A stretch of 63,896 nucleotides of DNA, counting the filler, from Octopus bimaculoides (Eukaryota), in assembly GCF_001194135.2 (NCBI RefSeq). It is 5 parts of 5 records of this genome, joined end to end, with 100 filler letters (N's around TTAATTAATTAA, not from the genome) between each part and the next. Parts side by side here need not be neighbours in the genome. Positions count along the whole stretch, not along the records: positions 1 to 17,184 come from NC_068985.1; 4 more parts are not named here. One strand, written 5' to 3'. Positions 1-12,380 of this stretch are shown piece after piece (position 1 is the first letter of the stretch; every line of letters begins with the position of its first letter). A program made the position numbers and the translations under genes. The notes beneath the pieces were generated by a model. It saw nothing but the letters and a program-made list of their open reading frames with translations. It was not told where the DNA came from and made no database searches.

Positions 1-90
<90 letters not shown>
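1..90. repeat. (CA)n-(TA)n compound microsatellite
   Basis: Read directly from the sequence. Confidence 0.98.
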
Positions 91-91
<1 letters not shown>

Positions 92-1194
92 ATTCTCTGT
101 CTTGTCTCTTGTCCATATCTATACATGTAAGATTACATGTGTTGTGCGCGTGTGTGTGGAGGTGTGTGTATGAGTTTTGAATATTGATCTGTATGCTTTC
201 GTGTGCGTTTTTGTATAAGGAACTATATGATATATAATATACACACATATAGTTCACATTCTACAAATTGCCCAACATTCGTTCATAACTTCATACAGAA
301 GAGTGAATGTATGCATGCACATATACGCACATATATTCATATATGTATGTATATATGTTTGCATACATACGTACGTACATACGTACTCTGCTGTCTTTAT
401 ATATGTTTACAGGCAATAAGCTAAGCTATCCAGCTGGCAAAAGAAAAAGAGAGAGAGATAGAGAAATAGTTATACTTGAAATATTTGTCTTAAGTTTACC
501 GCATCATCAAACTATAAGGTCCATTTTGGTGACATCTCTTCATTCCACTTGACTGCCTACTCTAGTGTTCTCTTGCGTTCTTTTATCATTGACAGATTTT
601 GTCGAGATATTAAGGCTTGCAGTTAAATTGTTTATTGTTAGATTGAAGTGGTTAGAAGGTCAGTTTTCGGGTGAACAATTTCAGACAAAATGAATTTCAA
701 TCGAAATTTTGCGTCTCTTTACGTATTCTTGTAGATAAAAGCATTGAGAATGAGAATGCAAAAGGATCGAATTAGAAGTCCCTTGACAACACTGACAGCC
801 AGAATGGAAGACTTTATGTTGTCACTCAGCTACCATCAACCCACACACAACATTCCTAAAATGGAAGGCAATTTTTGAACACTGGAAAGGTCTTGGTTCA
901 ATTTTAAGAAAAGATTTAAAATGTAGACTATGGAAGAGAGAATTTGGGGGTCTTCCTCACAGAGCCATAAAATGACAAATTGTGGTGTAAGATAACTCTG
1001 TGATGGGGAAGGCGAGAAAGGGAAGAAAAAAATATTTTACAGTGAAGAATAAAGGAACGAGGAAAGGGAGGTAAGCAGGTTAATCAGGAGGAAACAGGAT
1101 CAGATGTTAGAGGACCATGTTAAGAGTGAGCCATAAATAAAAGAACACCAAGAGATTTGATAAAGGAAGAAAGGGGGAGATAATAGATTAGAAA

Positions 1195-2080
1195 ACAGTA
1201 CGTGACTAGTTTTTTATTATTAACATTAACACTAGCGATGGTGTTGCTGCTATTTAAGCTACTGACGTAACTGCTGGAAAAGTTGCTGCTGCTATTAGGG
1301 TCAGATATCACCTCAGCTTCGTATACGATTCCTTTGGGTTTGCACTGGCCTCCCACTGGGAAGCTGTTGTAGTCCCTGCATGAGCATCCCGCTTCTGTTC
1401 GTGCCCTACCAATGTCACCTAAAATGCTCTTAATTTGGGGGCGCAGCTAAAAGAGTCTCTTGGGCTGTCTGTTGAACAGACGTCAGTACCTATGTGATTG
1501 TGTAAAGTGCTTATCTACTAGCCTAAGGGAAATAAGTTTTTACACGGAGGGAGAAGGTGGGAGCAAACCAAACGATATTTCGGTGGCACTTCCTTCTGCG
1601 GGTGTTAGGGCCCGGCATGTAGAAGATACGGTCCTTAAACCCGCTAGGGGCCAGGGCCTCGTTATAGTAGGTGGAAGCCACTGCTTGAAAATTTCTTGGC
1701 AAGAGGACAGATTCGAGATCCTCTTGCTGACACCTTTCACCAAGCTTCTGAACACGATGAGTGGGTGGCAGGAAGCTGTGTTGATATATGTCAGTATCTC
1801 GTTTGGTTAGCAGTAGGGCCTGTATGTACCGGAGCCCAAGTCGAGTGTGAAGTCTAAGAAGTTCACAGTAGTGAGGTTGGTCTCGATTGTAATTTTCAGT
1901 CCCATAGGTGTTAATCAGATCTTTTCTAAGCCTATGTAGGGTGTATCTGTTAGCCCCTTTCAAGATAGTCAGAGCATCATCCCTATAGAGACCAAAGAGG
2001 ACAGAGGGGAATTTCTTCTTTAAGGTATCCAGAATATACATCCCAGTGAGGTCGCATATATCAGTGCATGTGTGTATGCA
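1195..2080 (-). mobile_element. Penelope-like retroelement relic (RT C-terminal half, linker and start of GIY-YIG endonuclease), frameshifted
   Basis: Minus-strand translation gives ICDLTGMYIL...GLYRDDAL (YxDD), YYNEALAPSGFK, RNIVWFAPTFSLRVKT, RLVDKHF and CSCRD..PVGGQCKPKGIVYEAEV. These match the motif order of PLE RT/GIY-YIG proteins. Confidence 0.85.
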
Positions 2081-2250
2081 CTGGTCTGAGAACCTTTTGA
2101 TACCACCTCGTATATACTGAGAGAGGACAGCTGAAGTAAAGAAGGGGGAAGAAAATAAGAAACAGAAAAAGGAGAAAAATGTAAATTAACTAAAATAAAT
2201 CTGTTGTAATAAATAAGTGAAAGGTTAAACAGTTCCTAATTGAGTGATAA

Positions 2251-2306
2251 TTACTTTACTAGCGCCATCATTTTCAGCCAATGGGGAATAGCTGTATAAT
2301 TATAAT
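2251..2306 (-). CDS. Candidate terminal (or internal) exon of an unidentified minus-strand host gene, (D)YNYTAIPHWLKMMALVK*
   Basis: The acceptor context is tattaac-ctagttttcctcag|AT. The frame is open in phase 1 and compatible with the microexon at 9546-9572. No homology recognised. Confidence 0.2.
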
Positions 2307-2639
2307 CTGAGGAAAACTAGGTTAATAAGTAAGTGATTTAAATTACAAAAAAAAAACAATTCGTATTAAACACATAAGTCAGAGAAAACTAAATGTACGT
2401 AGAAATGAAATCAAATAAATAAATACGTAATGAGTAAATGAATTTCTTTAAAGAAAAAAATATAATTATATTTTTTCCTGATTGTCATCACAAACATCGA
2501 CATCATCTCTAGAGAATGATGGCACCATTAAATAAAAAAAATCAACAGTAAGCAGAATGCAGAATAGAGTTAGTGTATAGAAAAATCTTAACTGATAAAA
2601 TTCCGTGAATAACACAACCCAACAGATATTTTGTTGTCA

Positions 2640-4015
2640 ATGCATTTTTACCTGATTGGAAATTTTTTTGATGTGCTGAATCCATTTTTTACCATCATGT
2701 CTAGATTTTAAGATACCCAAACTCTCCAAGTTCCGCAGTTTTCCTCATTTTTCAAAAAAGGAAAATTCACCTGTGAAGTTTAGTACAAAACTGATAACCA
2801 GAAAGTATGAAGCGAACAAGAGGAAAACAATGATGATCCGGATTACTTTGACATTAACACATCAGATCCAAAGCTATTTGATCAAAATGGACCCAGTCAC
2901 TTGGTAAGGGATTTACACTTATCAAAAGAATTAGCAGAAGTTCTCTCGTCTCGATTAAAGGAAAAGAAGATCTTTTGTTTTTTTTAAGGAACCAAATTTA
3001 CCTTCTGTTACACTAGAGATGCTGTATTTCTTCCGTTCTTCGTAGAAAATGAGTGATTGTGGAACTGCTTCGGAGAATGGTATTAGCAGAATTTGTTGCA
3101 AGTGACTGGTGCCTTTTTGGTGATAGCTGTAGAAAGAGTTTGAAATGTCTTCCGCTTCATAATGGAAATACATAATGGCCTCTGTTCCAATTGCTCACTC
3201 TACAAACCCAGAAGAGAAATATGCATTCGTGAAAGCATATTTAAGTATTACAATAATCAGTGGGTGATATACATGGACTTCAAACTGGCTAACTTTCTCC
3301 TGCGTAACAAAGTGAATACACCAAATATCCATGTTTTTATGTATTTCGAACAGCAGAGACAGCAAAAAACAAGTGATCAAAGAATGGCCATTGCAAACAT
3401 TTGTTTCAAAGCTTTTCAATATACTTGAAGAGCCTTTAGTTCAACCGGTTGAAAACATGCTATCTCCACTCCACATCAAACTTAGCATTATGAAGTAGTT
3501 TTTAAATCGCTGGATAAAGATGGACCATGGTTTCACTATATGTGCAACATATTTTCTTTTGTGAGCAGTGAAAAGATAAAAGCTGTAGTATCTGATAGGC
3601 CTCAAATCAGAAAATTAGTGTAAGATGGAAACTTTATAAATTCAATGAAGTGCACTGAAGCAGCAGCATGGAATTCATTCGTGATAGTTGTAAATGACTT
3701 TCTAAGCAACGAGAAAGCAGTCGACTATTCCAAAATAGTAGACTACATGAAGGTGAACTTTCAAAAGTTTTGAGTAAATATGACCATAAAGCTGTACTAT
3801 AGCTACAATCAACCTGATAAATTCCCTGAAAATCTTGGTAACACAAGTAATGAGCAGGGAGAATGTTTCCATTGAGACATAAAATCAATGGAACAGGAGA
3901 TTCCAGGCAGAGGAGTTTTACATATGATGGCAGACTATTTCTTAGACTTGACTCGTGATCTTTCTGAGCTTCAGGATTCCCGAAAATCATCCAAACGCAA
4001 ATTCATGATAAATTA
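2640..4015 (+). mobile_element. Degenerate DNA-transposon transposase, CMC/Chapaev3-like
   Basis: Broken frames give FDQNGPSHLVRDLHLSKELAEVLSSRLKEK, PLHIKLSIMK, DRPQIRKL, AAWNSFVIVVNDFLSN and FPENLGNTSNEQGECFH, with many stops and frameshifts. The family name is from recall of Chapaev3-type proteins. Confidence 0.7.
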
Positions 4016-4069
4016 GGCATTAACAATGATGCAATTTATCTGAAGAACTTACGAGATTTGTTTAATAGT

Positions 4070-4235
4070 TTTTTCAGTCGAACAAATCGACTCCAGGACT
4101 TATTCTTTGTAAGCCTAATACTTATCCTATCGGTCTTTTTTGCCGAAACTCTAAGTTATGGAGACGTAAACACATCAACATCAGTATTAAGCGATGGTAG
4201 GGGGACAAACACAGACACACAAATACATACATTTA
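4070..4235 (-). mobile_element. SINE family A, 3' portion
   Basis: Matches the longer copy at 51611-51961 (gacttattctttgtaagcct...gggacaaacacagacacac). Confidence 0.85.
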
Positions 4236-4249
4236 CATATATACATATA

Positions 4250-4272
4250 TGATAATAATAATAATAATAATA

Positions 4273-4316
<44 letters not shown>

Positions 4317-4320
4317 AGTA
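4250..4320. repeat. (AAT)n-(GAT)n microsatellite
   Basis: Read directly from the sequence. Confidence 0.95.
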
Positions 4321-4682
4321 ATATATGCATGCATATATGGGTACAGGACGTCACCAAAGGTGCAAATAACATGAAATACATAAACAAACGAGGAAAAAAT
4401 GAGGGGAATACGTACACAACGCGAAGAAAGTGGAAAACAGGACAAAGAAAGGACCCTTCATCAGTTGTCGACTGTCTATCCACTCCTCATTTCGAGCATT
4501 CAATGACAATATGAGTCTTCAAAGACAGTTGCTCCCATAAATTCTAAAATAAAATTTAGAATTTATGGAGGGTCAAAGTTGGGAACAAAAAAATGACAGT
4601 GGAGACATACAAGGAAACCGAACAAAAACAAACATGGAGGGTCGTTAGTCCAGAACGAGAAGAAAACAGTGAACACTCTGAG

Positions 4683-5021
4683 AAACATTTCCCCTCTTTC
4701 TCAAAGGCTGTCATTACTTTCGAGGCAGCACTTCTTGATACACCAAACATTTCGGCTGTTTTCGTTACGCTAGCGCCTGTCATACGAGCACCAACAATCT
4801 GACCACTTTGAAAGTCTGATAGATCTGTCATTTTAATGAATTTTTATTACCTTTTTCTGATGAGATCTGAAAAGAAACAGCAACTTTGGCAAAACATATT
4901 AAGTAACACTAATAATAAATCAAAAACATAAAAATAAACAAGCTTTTGACAGTTTTATCTGTATTTCAAAATTATGATGCTATGATGCTAGGTGTTTCCA
5001 TTATTTTGTCCAGCCCCTGTA
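4683..5021 (-). mobile_element. Tc1-family DNA transposon, left end and transposase N-terminal HTH only
   Basis: The terminus TA-CAGGGGCTGGACAAAATAATGGAAACACC lies at about 4991-5021 (minus). The ORF from 4831 reads MTDLSDFQSGQIVGARMTGASVTKTAEMFGVSRSAASKV, a typical Tc1 paired-like HTH. Confidence 0.85.
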
Positions 5022-5149
5022 GATATCTTCAAAACGCAACAAAATATTTTAGTTTAAATTCTAGATAAGGCTAATTCGCGGCAAGAAACACAACTGAGGA
5101 CAGCAATTTCGAATTCTCTTGTTCATCAACTGGCAACTAAAGTTTTTGC

Positions 5150-6455
5150 TAAGCCAGTGGCGATGATCCACCACGAACACAGCTTACGAGAGGACATAAG
5201 TAAAAGATAAACGATATGTATTATCGCTGACATTGAAAGTTCATTACCTGCAGTGCTGTGTATTTTCATCCCCTCAGCGAGACAAGATTTCTAGACAAAG
5301 GCTAATTAGATTAGGTCGGATCAGAATGTATTACGCTCTTGTCATGTCGCAAAGCCGAAAGGAAGGCAAGCGTTGGATTCGCAGTAAGGACCACTCCAGT
5401 CTCTCAACTCGACTCACAACCCCAGGGCATCTGTGACAGAATCATGTCTATGAGGATCCCAATATCAACCAATGCATACGCTACTTTAGTGTCATGACAA
5501 ACCTAGATAAAAGCAAAGAAGCATTCTATCAACAGCTTTATGAAGTTGTACGCCGCGTATCTGCAGGTGATAAGTTGATCCTCCTGGGGGATTTCAACGC
5601 GAGAACTGGTTGAAATCATATAGTGTGAGCTGGTATCATCGGTCAGTATGGTATCGGTCATGAGAATTTCAAATGGCTAACTACTGCTTCATTATGCTCC
5701 TAGCACAACTTGTCAATCACAAATACATTCTTCCAGCTGAAGGAAGCTTACAAAAACTACCTGGATGCATTCAAGATCGAAGCATTAGCATCAAATAGAT
5801 TTTATCATTTGCAAACAACGAGATCTCAGTGTCTTTCGCATCACCAGAGAAATAAGAGGCGCTGAATTCTTAACAGACATCAGATCAAAGGTGAACCTCC
5901 AGGTCCGAAGAAAAAGAAGGCCCCGGAGCAAATCTCCTAAAAAAAAACTGGATGCTCAGCAAATTAAAAGCTCTGGCATAACAGCTGCCTTCAGGATGAA
6001 CTCTCAAAGCGTCTAGAGCAAGTTGTTTTCATCAGTGGAGAGTCAGAAGAAAACTGGGCCAAATTAAGAAATGAAACTGACACCGCCTGCAAAGTGACAA
6101 TAGATGCCCTCAAAAGACATCACTAGGACTGCTTTGGTGACAATGATTTTGAAATTCAAATTTTTCTTGTTGAGAAAAGTTTGCTGCACACAAGAAGTGG
6201 CTAGCAAGCAAACAGTCTGATTCAAAACGGGTCAAGTTCCAAAACCTCAGAGAAAAAGTTCAGAAGTGGTTGCGCTTTATGAAGGATGTAGGGTGAAAAA
6301 AAGAAAGCAGAGGAGATCAGGGTTATGCTGACTCGAAAAATGCAAGCTCTTCTACTCCAGCTTGAGGGAGGTGCATGGGCCACCACAGAGAAGAATAGAA
6401 CCTATCCGGAGCCAGGAAGCTGAATTGCTCACTGAGGCCATCGAGAGATTAAGTT
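5150..6455 (+). mobile_element. RTE-clade LINE fragment (AP endonuclease domain and linker), degenerate
   Basis: Motifs LSETRF, VGFAVR, GICDRIMSMRIP, KLILLGDFNARTG, ITNTFFQ, WMHSRSK and QIDFII are in the APE-domain order of RTE elements. Confidence 0.88.
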
Positions 6456-6942
6456 ACCATCCTAATGGACAGTAATTTAATATCTCGATTCCAGCCCTAA
6501 CACCCTTTTATATTAACTAATTTGGCAGGTAGGAAGGGGCGTGGTCGATTTAATTGACTCGGTGTTTAACTGCTACTTATTTTATCTAACCAGAACGACG
6601 AAATGCAAAGATAATTTTGGTGACATTTACAGTCAGAACACATGATGTCAAGTAAAATACCAGAAGCCATTGAATCTGTTCCTCTACCGAATCTATTCAC
6701 ATAATATTTCCACGTCTTTTTAATACTTTAGTTTTACAGTCTAACAAGCATTTCATCATCAATGGTCTCCATGTTTGCTAGCACAATCATGGTTAATGTA
6801 CTAGAAGCAACAGCAGTAACTGTTGACATATGGATGCGTGGATGTATGAGTGTATGAGTGTATGGTTATAGAGGTCGTGAAAATATTGTCACAAAGCCAG
6901 CAATGTCGCGGGAGTGCTTATGTCGATTATGTCAATTACGAT

Positions 6943-7080
6943 CCCAATTTTCAACTGGTACTTATGTTATCAACTCCGAAAGGATGAAAAGCAAAGTCGA
7001 CCTCGCTGGAATTTTAACTCAGAACGTAAAGACGAACAGAATTCCACTAAGCATTTTGGTCGGTGTGGAAATATTGAAAC
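6943..7080 (-). mobile_element. SINE family B, partial and degenerate (a weaker copy lies at about 6520-6670)
   Basis: Similar to the copies at 18106-18312 and 28315-28516. Confidence 0.7.
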
Positions 7081-7588
7081 GAAGCAAGAGAGAAGCTTGT
7101 GAGAGGGTTGGATTCTTTTTAACTGCATTTGTTGGTCTCTTTCTTAAAAAATATCTATCACATATTGCTAATTCCGAGAGAATTTTTAGAGGAATGTATA
7201 ATCAAAACGACAGAATATTGTTTAATTTCACTTTAATTTCGAATAGCAGACATTTTGTCTGCAATAAGTCAACACCAATCTTCATTTACTCATTTCTATT
7301 TTCTTTTTTTCTTAAGACCTTCATTTGGACAACGTTCAATTTTAATTCATTCCTAAATAAACATTTAGGAACAATCAGAATTTCTGAAAGACGAATACAT
7401 AAGAAGTTGCTTCCAATCTATTAATCAAATCATCTGTATCTTATGAATACATGAAATAACTTTTTTCTAAACTGAATCCATTTGTATTTTATAAATCAAA
7501 ATAATTTTACTTCAGCTGAGAGGTAATTGTTGGTAGTTTCCCCATCAACCTCGATACAAGCATACATACATGCATACACACATATTTG

Positions 7589-7626
<38 letters not shown>

Positions 7627-8258
7627 NNNNNNNNNNNNNNNNNNNNNNNNNNNNNNNNNNNNNNNNNNNNNNNNNNNNNNNNNNNNNNNNNNNNNNNNNN
7701 NNNNNNNNNNNNNNNNNNNNNNNNNNNNNNNNNNNNNNNNNNNNNNNNNNNNNNNNNNNNNNNNNNNNNNNNNNNNNNNNNNNNNNNNNNNNNNNNNNNN
7801 NNNNNNNNNNNNNNNNNNNNNNNNNNNNNNNNNNNNNNNNNNNNNNNNNNNNNNNNNNNNNNNNNNNNNNNNNNNNNNNNNNNNNNNNNNNNNNNNNNNN
7901 NNNNNNNNNNNNNNNNNNNNNNNNNNNNNNNNNNNNNNNNNNNNNNNNNNNNNNNNNNNNNNNNNNNNNNNNNNNNNNNNNNNNNNNNNNNNNNNNNNNN
8001 NNNNNNNNNNNNNNNNNNNNNNNNNNNNNNNNNNNNNNNNNNNNNNNNNNNNNNNNNNNNNNNNNNNNNNNNNNNNNNNNNNNNNNNNNNNNNNNNNNNN
8101 NNNNNNNNNNNNNNNNNNNNNNNNNNNNNNNNNNNNNNNNNNNNNNNNNNNNNNNNNNNNNNNNNNNNNNNNNNNNNNNNNNNNNNNNNNNNNNNNNNNN
8201 NNNNNNNNNNNNNNNNNNNNNNNNNNNNNNNNNNNNNNNNNNNNNNNNNNNNNNNNNN

Positions 8259-8296
<38 letters not shown>

Positions 8297-8354
8297 TCTC
8301 TCTCTCTATACATACATATACATATATGAAAAGAAGTCTGTCGTATATATATAT

Positions 8355-8500
8355 ATATATATATACATACGACGGACTTCTTTCAGTTTCTGTGTCACTA
8401 CTTTGGTTATTGTAGAAGACACTTGCCCAAAGTGCCACGCAGTTGGAGTGAACCCGGAACCATGTGGTTAGGAAGTAAACCTCTTACCACATAGTCATGA
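8355..8500 (-). mobile_element. SINE family A, tRNA-derived head with internal deletion
   Basis: Reverse complement of ...tgtggtaag...ggttccgggttcac...ttgggcaagtgtcttc; matches 30957-31112. Confidence 0.85.
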
Positions 8501-9545
8501 CTGCGCCTATGATTAGCTAATTTCAATAATGCACTTCGTGACAAAAATTATGGCCTACCAATTATCTGGAGAAGACATTTTACTTCGTTAAGGTCCATAT
8601 TTCTGTTGAGTAAAATAGAAATGTCAAATGATTACATCGTTCAGTCTATTCTACAAATGATAATGGTATTCAGTTACCAACTTCAGACATTGCTTTTGTA
8701 CTCATAGTCAAGTCAAATTCTACCAAAATCGATTCTACGTTTCATTTCATGTAAATCAAAATAAATATACCAGTTTCGGGCAGGAACGAGTTCTCACTGT
8801 TTGGGTGACGGTTGTCCTTTTATCATATTTTATTTTACTTTACTTTCTTTATTTTTATCTTATTTATTTATTATTTGTTTGGAGTAGAGTCACGTCGATA
8901 TCTTTAAACTTGTTCCACCAATAATCATTCTCTCTTTTCGGTAACGTTGTGTTCTGCCTTGCATTTTTTAAAAATAAGTTAAGGTGGTTTTGATGGCATT
9001 TGTTTTCTATTTCTCACAATTTGCGCAACTGCAGAGAGGCTCAGTCTCATTGACTGGATAAAGTGATGATAATGGTGATGATGGTGAGAGTATTGTGGTG
9101 GAGGTGGTAGTGGTGAGGATAATGATGGTAATGGTGATAGGAGGGTTGGCGGTAATAGTAGTGATAATGGTGGTAATAGTGGTCGTGGTGGTCGTGGTGG
9201 TCGTGGTGGCCATGGTAGCCACGGTAATAGTGCTGGTAGTGGTGACGATGATAAAGAATCTATTTGGTCATGAATGACCGTGGGATTGCACATAGAACGT
9301 TTGGGGAAGGTTATTATGGAAGAGCAGCAGTCACACATGCATACTAGTGGTGGTGGTGGTGACGGCGGCGGCGATGGTGATGCTACAGATAATGGTCGGT
9401 TTATTTAAAAGCCCCCTCTATCAACGTCCATTACATGGACGACGACGACTACAATAATGACGATGATGATACCGCCATCTCCAAACATAAAAAAACTGCA
9501 AAATACCTGGCTGCATACTTTACAATATTTAATTTGCAAGCTCAC

Positions 9546-9572
9546 CTTCTGCCTGCAGTGTCTTTACGACTC
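9546..9572 (-). CDS. Candidate 27-nt microexon of a minus-strand host gene (phase 1: GVVKTLQAE; phase 2: SRKDTAGR)
   Basis: The minus strand reads TACTAAC (branch point, 9602-9608), then gtccttactgcttcttttgttatttaaag|GAGTCGTAAAGACACTGCAGGCAGAAG|gtgagc. The length is a multiple of 3 and the site is in non-repeat sequence. Confidence 0.5.
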
Positions 9573-9762
9573 CTTTAAATAACAAAAGAAGCAGTAAGGA
9601 CGTTAGTAGACTATATCTAATATAGCATCAATGCCAGCCATCTTCTAATCAATACGAGCCATTTTCACTTTAAAAGAACAAGATGTTCGTTCATTAATTC
9701 AATGAACCAGTTCCTTGCTTTTCGTAGATTTGCCTGTTCTTTCTCTCTCATTTACCACTCTC

Positions 9763-9764
<2 letters not shown>

Positions 9765-9818
<54 letters not shown>

Positions 9819-10098
9819 NNNNNNNNNNNNNNNNNNNNNNNNNNNNNNNNNNNNNNNNNNGTGTGTGTGCGTGTGTGTGTGTATGTGCGTGGAGAGAAAA
9901 AGAGAGTGAAAGGGAAATAGATTGATACATATATAGATATTTACATAGATAGATAGATAGATAGGTAGATAGATACATACATACATACATACATACATAC
10001 ATACATACATACATACATAGAAAGATACATAGATAGGCAGTCAGGCAGACAGACAGGCAGGCAGGCAGGCAAGCTGACAGACAGACAGACAAACAGAC

Positions 10099-10155
<57 letters not shown>
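9765..10155. repeat. Compound microsatellite block (GT)n, (GATA)n, (CATA)n, (GACA/GGCA)n, (GATA)n
   Basis: Read directly from the sequence; contains a small N gap. Confidence 0.95.
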
Positions 10156-10157
<2 letters not shown>

Positions 10158-10187
10158 ATGGAATGCCACCATACATTCATTTCACTA

Positions 10188-10330
10188 CAAGGAATATTGG
10201 TGGGGAATTCTCATCAAAACTTCTACCAAGAACAAACATAACAGACCTAATATACGTGTTTGGGACAGAATACAAAAGTCAGAAAGGTCAACGTCCCTGA
10301 AAATGAATACATCTCTTCAGTGTCGACATG
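10188..10330 (+). mobile_element. Short fragment of an RLE-type (NeSL/HERO-like) non-LTR retrotransposon endonuclease region
   Basis: Translates to KEYWWGILIKTSTKNKHNRPNIRVWDRIQK, resembling the W-W..HNRPD motif of RLE domains. Confidence 0.6.
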
Positions 10331-11289
10331 AAATATAAAAAATTTATAAATTTATGTTCGTTAAATATCGAAACTTATTGCTCTTGACACCCTTGCTTAG
10401 GGTGTCGAGAGTAATATATAGGCCAAACCAAAAATAGTCTACGTCAAAAGCTGGCTCTACATAGATCTCAGATCAAAATTCGGGAATATAGAAAAATAGC
10501 ATTCAGCGAATACATCGACATATGCGCCACTAACGAATAACCCAGCTTCAGAATTTTTCACCTCAGGGACGATGCAACCTGTAATTAGCGCATTAGCAAA
10601 GAGTCATATTCTATCACAAAATATAAACCACTTTTGAACGCGTCCACCACAAATGACACTACTACAAGAGTCTTAGAATAACATCCACGCAAATATTAAA
10701 AACGATGTATTCAGACCAGTCACTATCCATGAATTTATTCAGAACAATTCCAATCACTACTATTACAACCACAACGGGTCACTTTTAGGTTACTTGACCA
10801 TTTAAGACGATTCTACCAACATCCTACTACTGTCATACCACTCCTGTATTTTTATTATTCTTTCTATTCTTTTCCTACTTCCACTTCTCCTTCTTCTTTT
10901 TCTTTTTCTTCTCCTTCTTCTTCTTCGCCGCCTGCTTCCTCGTCTACTACTGCTGCTGAAACAATCAACACCAAGAACTCATATCAAATATTCTTTTAGG
11001 ACTGCTACTACCTACTACCTGCTACCAAGCCTTCACAAGAATAAAAAGAAGGGAAAGTGACAGACAGAAAAAAGGAAAATGTCCCTTGTACTTGAAAACT
11101 ATGGAAATATTTTAAGAGATCATTTCATTTAATTTTTCCACAATTTAATTGTTTTTAATACTTTATACTCAGTTGAAAAGGTCGCATAGAATGAAACCGG
11201 TACTAAAATGTTCTTCATGATAAAATTATTTCAGCATTTTCTATCTTGTTAAACATAGCAACTCGTGTGTTCCTTTTCAACCTTACAGA

Positions 11290-12380
11290 AAACAAAAGAT
11301 GTAGACAGGTGTCGGAAATGAGGTCATGAGTAGTGGAGAACACATTTTATTGGTAGTTAGGCGTGTGGTTGGAGGGCAGAGGGCAATAAGAGGTGTCTTG
11401 AACTTGATGGAGAGATTCAACCTTGTAAAGGTCTGCGCGTCACATCACTAAAGTTCCATCCTTGTCAGCCGTTTGACAGATGCTTGCAAATCGATCAACT
11501 GCCTGGAACTGGCCAGGAGCTAGCGTCCAGTGGGATGGTCGGCGGCCCAGGTCGGTGAAACAGTCTTCTTCACTACATGCAGTTGGTGTGTTGTGGAATA
11601 GTGTACGTAGTCTGACGCAGCGCACAAAGTGTTGGATATTAGCTAGGGTTTGAAACTCGTTATTGGATGGAGTAAGAGGGATGAAGCATAGACCCTTACT
11701 GAAAAGAGAGCGCTCCGCTTCAGAAAGAAGGCGATCAGGAGGAATGGTAACGACAGAACGAAGTGGGGGTTAAGGGGGCTAGGTGGGGAGGGGGCTAGGN
11801 NNNNNNNNNNNNNNNNNNNNNNNNNNNNNNNNNNNNNNNNNNNNNNNAGGAGAGAGAGGAGGAAGTGGCGTGTAGGAGGGTTAGAGTAATGAAAGGGTGG
11901 GAGTGAGGATGATGGAGGAGTGGATCGAGGAGAGATAGGGAGAGGTGGATGTAGTAGCATCGGGTGGTACAAGTTGAAAGAGTGAGTGGTATTTATGTCG
12001 TTTAGTGCGAGCGAGAAAGTCGTGGAAAAGGTGGTTTAGGAGGAGGATAAAGCGTAAAGTGGAATGTGCAATGGATAGTGAGTAGCAGGAAAAAAGGTGG
12101 AATAGGCGAGAGGGAAAAGGCTGTCGAAGGTGTGTATTATGGAGAGATTGAAACGAATGATGGCACGCATAAAACGGCAGAAAGTGATGCAGAGTATGGG
12201 TAAGATGCCAGAGGCAGAATGAAAAATAGGTTGGAAATGGAGGCGGAAACCTTTGTGGGTAAGGAGGTGGTGAGGACAGCGACTGAGGAAGGAAACGTGA
12301 CTTGAGAAGCGTGTTTCTTTCTTTTTAAATCAGTAGGAAAAGATTAATAGAAGTTTGAAAGCAGCGGAAAGGAAGCGTGG
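11290..12380 (-). mobile_element. Penelope-like retroelement relic, N-terminal region to start of RT (a different family from 1195-2080)
   Basis: Minus-strand frames give SHVSFLSRC..KGFRLHFQP, VVTIPPDRLLSEAERSLFSKGLCFIP, HFVRCVRLRTLF, WTLAPGQ and ADKDGTLVM*RADLYKVESLHQVQD, in the PLE N-terminal motif order. Confidence 0.8.

Noticed and set aside
400-1190. Possible decayed LINE on the minus strand (IKSLGVL...WSSNI-like)
   Set aside because: Only one weak motif; no consistent frame could be reconstructed.
4340-4680. Possible minus-strand hammerhead in a repeat (ACTGTCT/AGACAGT stem, TTGAAGA, GAAA, and a separate CTGATGA)
   Set aside because: Stem II and stem III do not pair convincingly and the core is non-canonical.
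7507-8471. Long ORFs spanning N runs (also 12325-12895, 15738-16743, 51790-52912, 58025-58810)
   Set aside because: They are artefacts of gaps and dinucleotide repeats and carry no coding signal.
9060-9480. Val/Thr/His-rich ORFs (also 57828-58112, 59517-59732)
   Set aside because: They are translations of degenerate (GGT/GAT/CAT)n triplet repeats.
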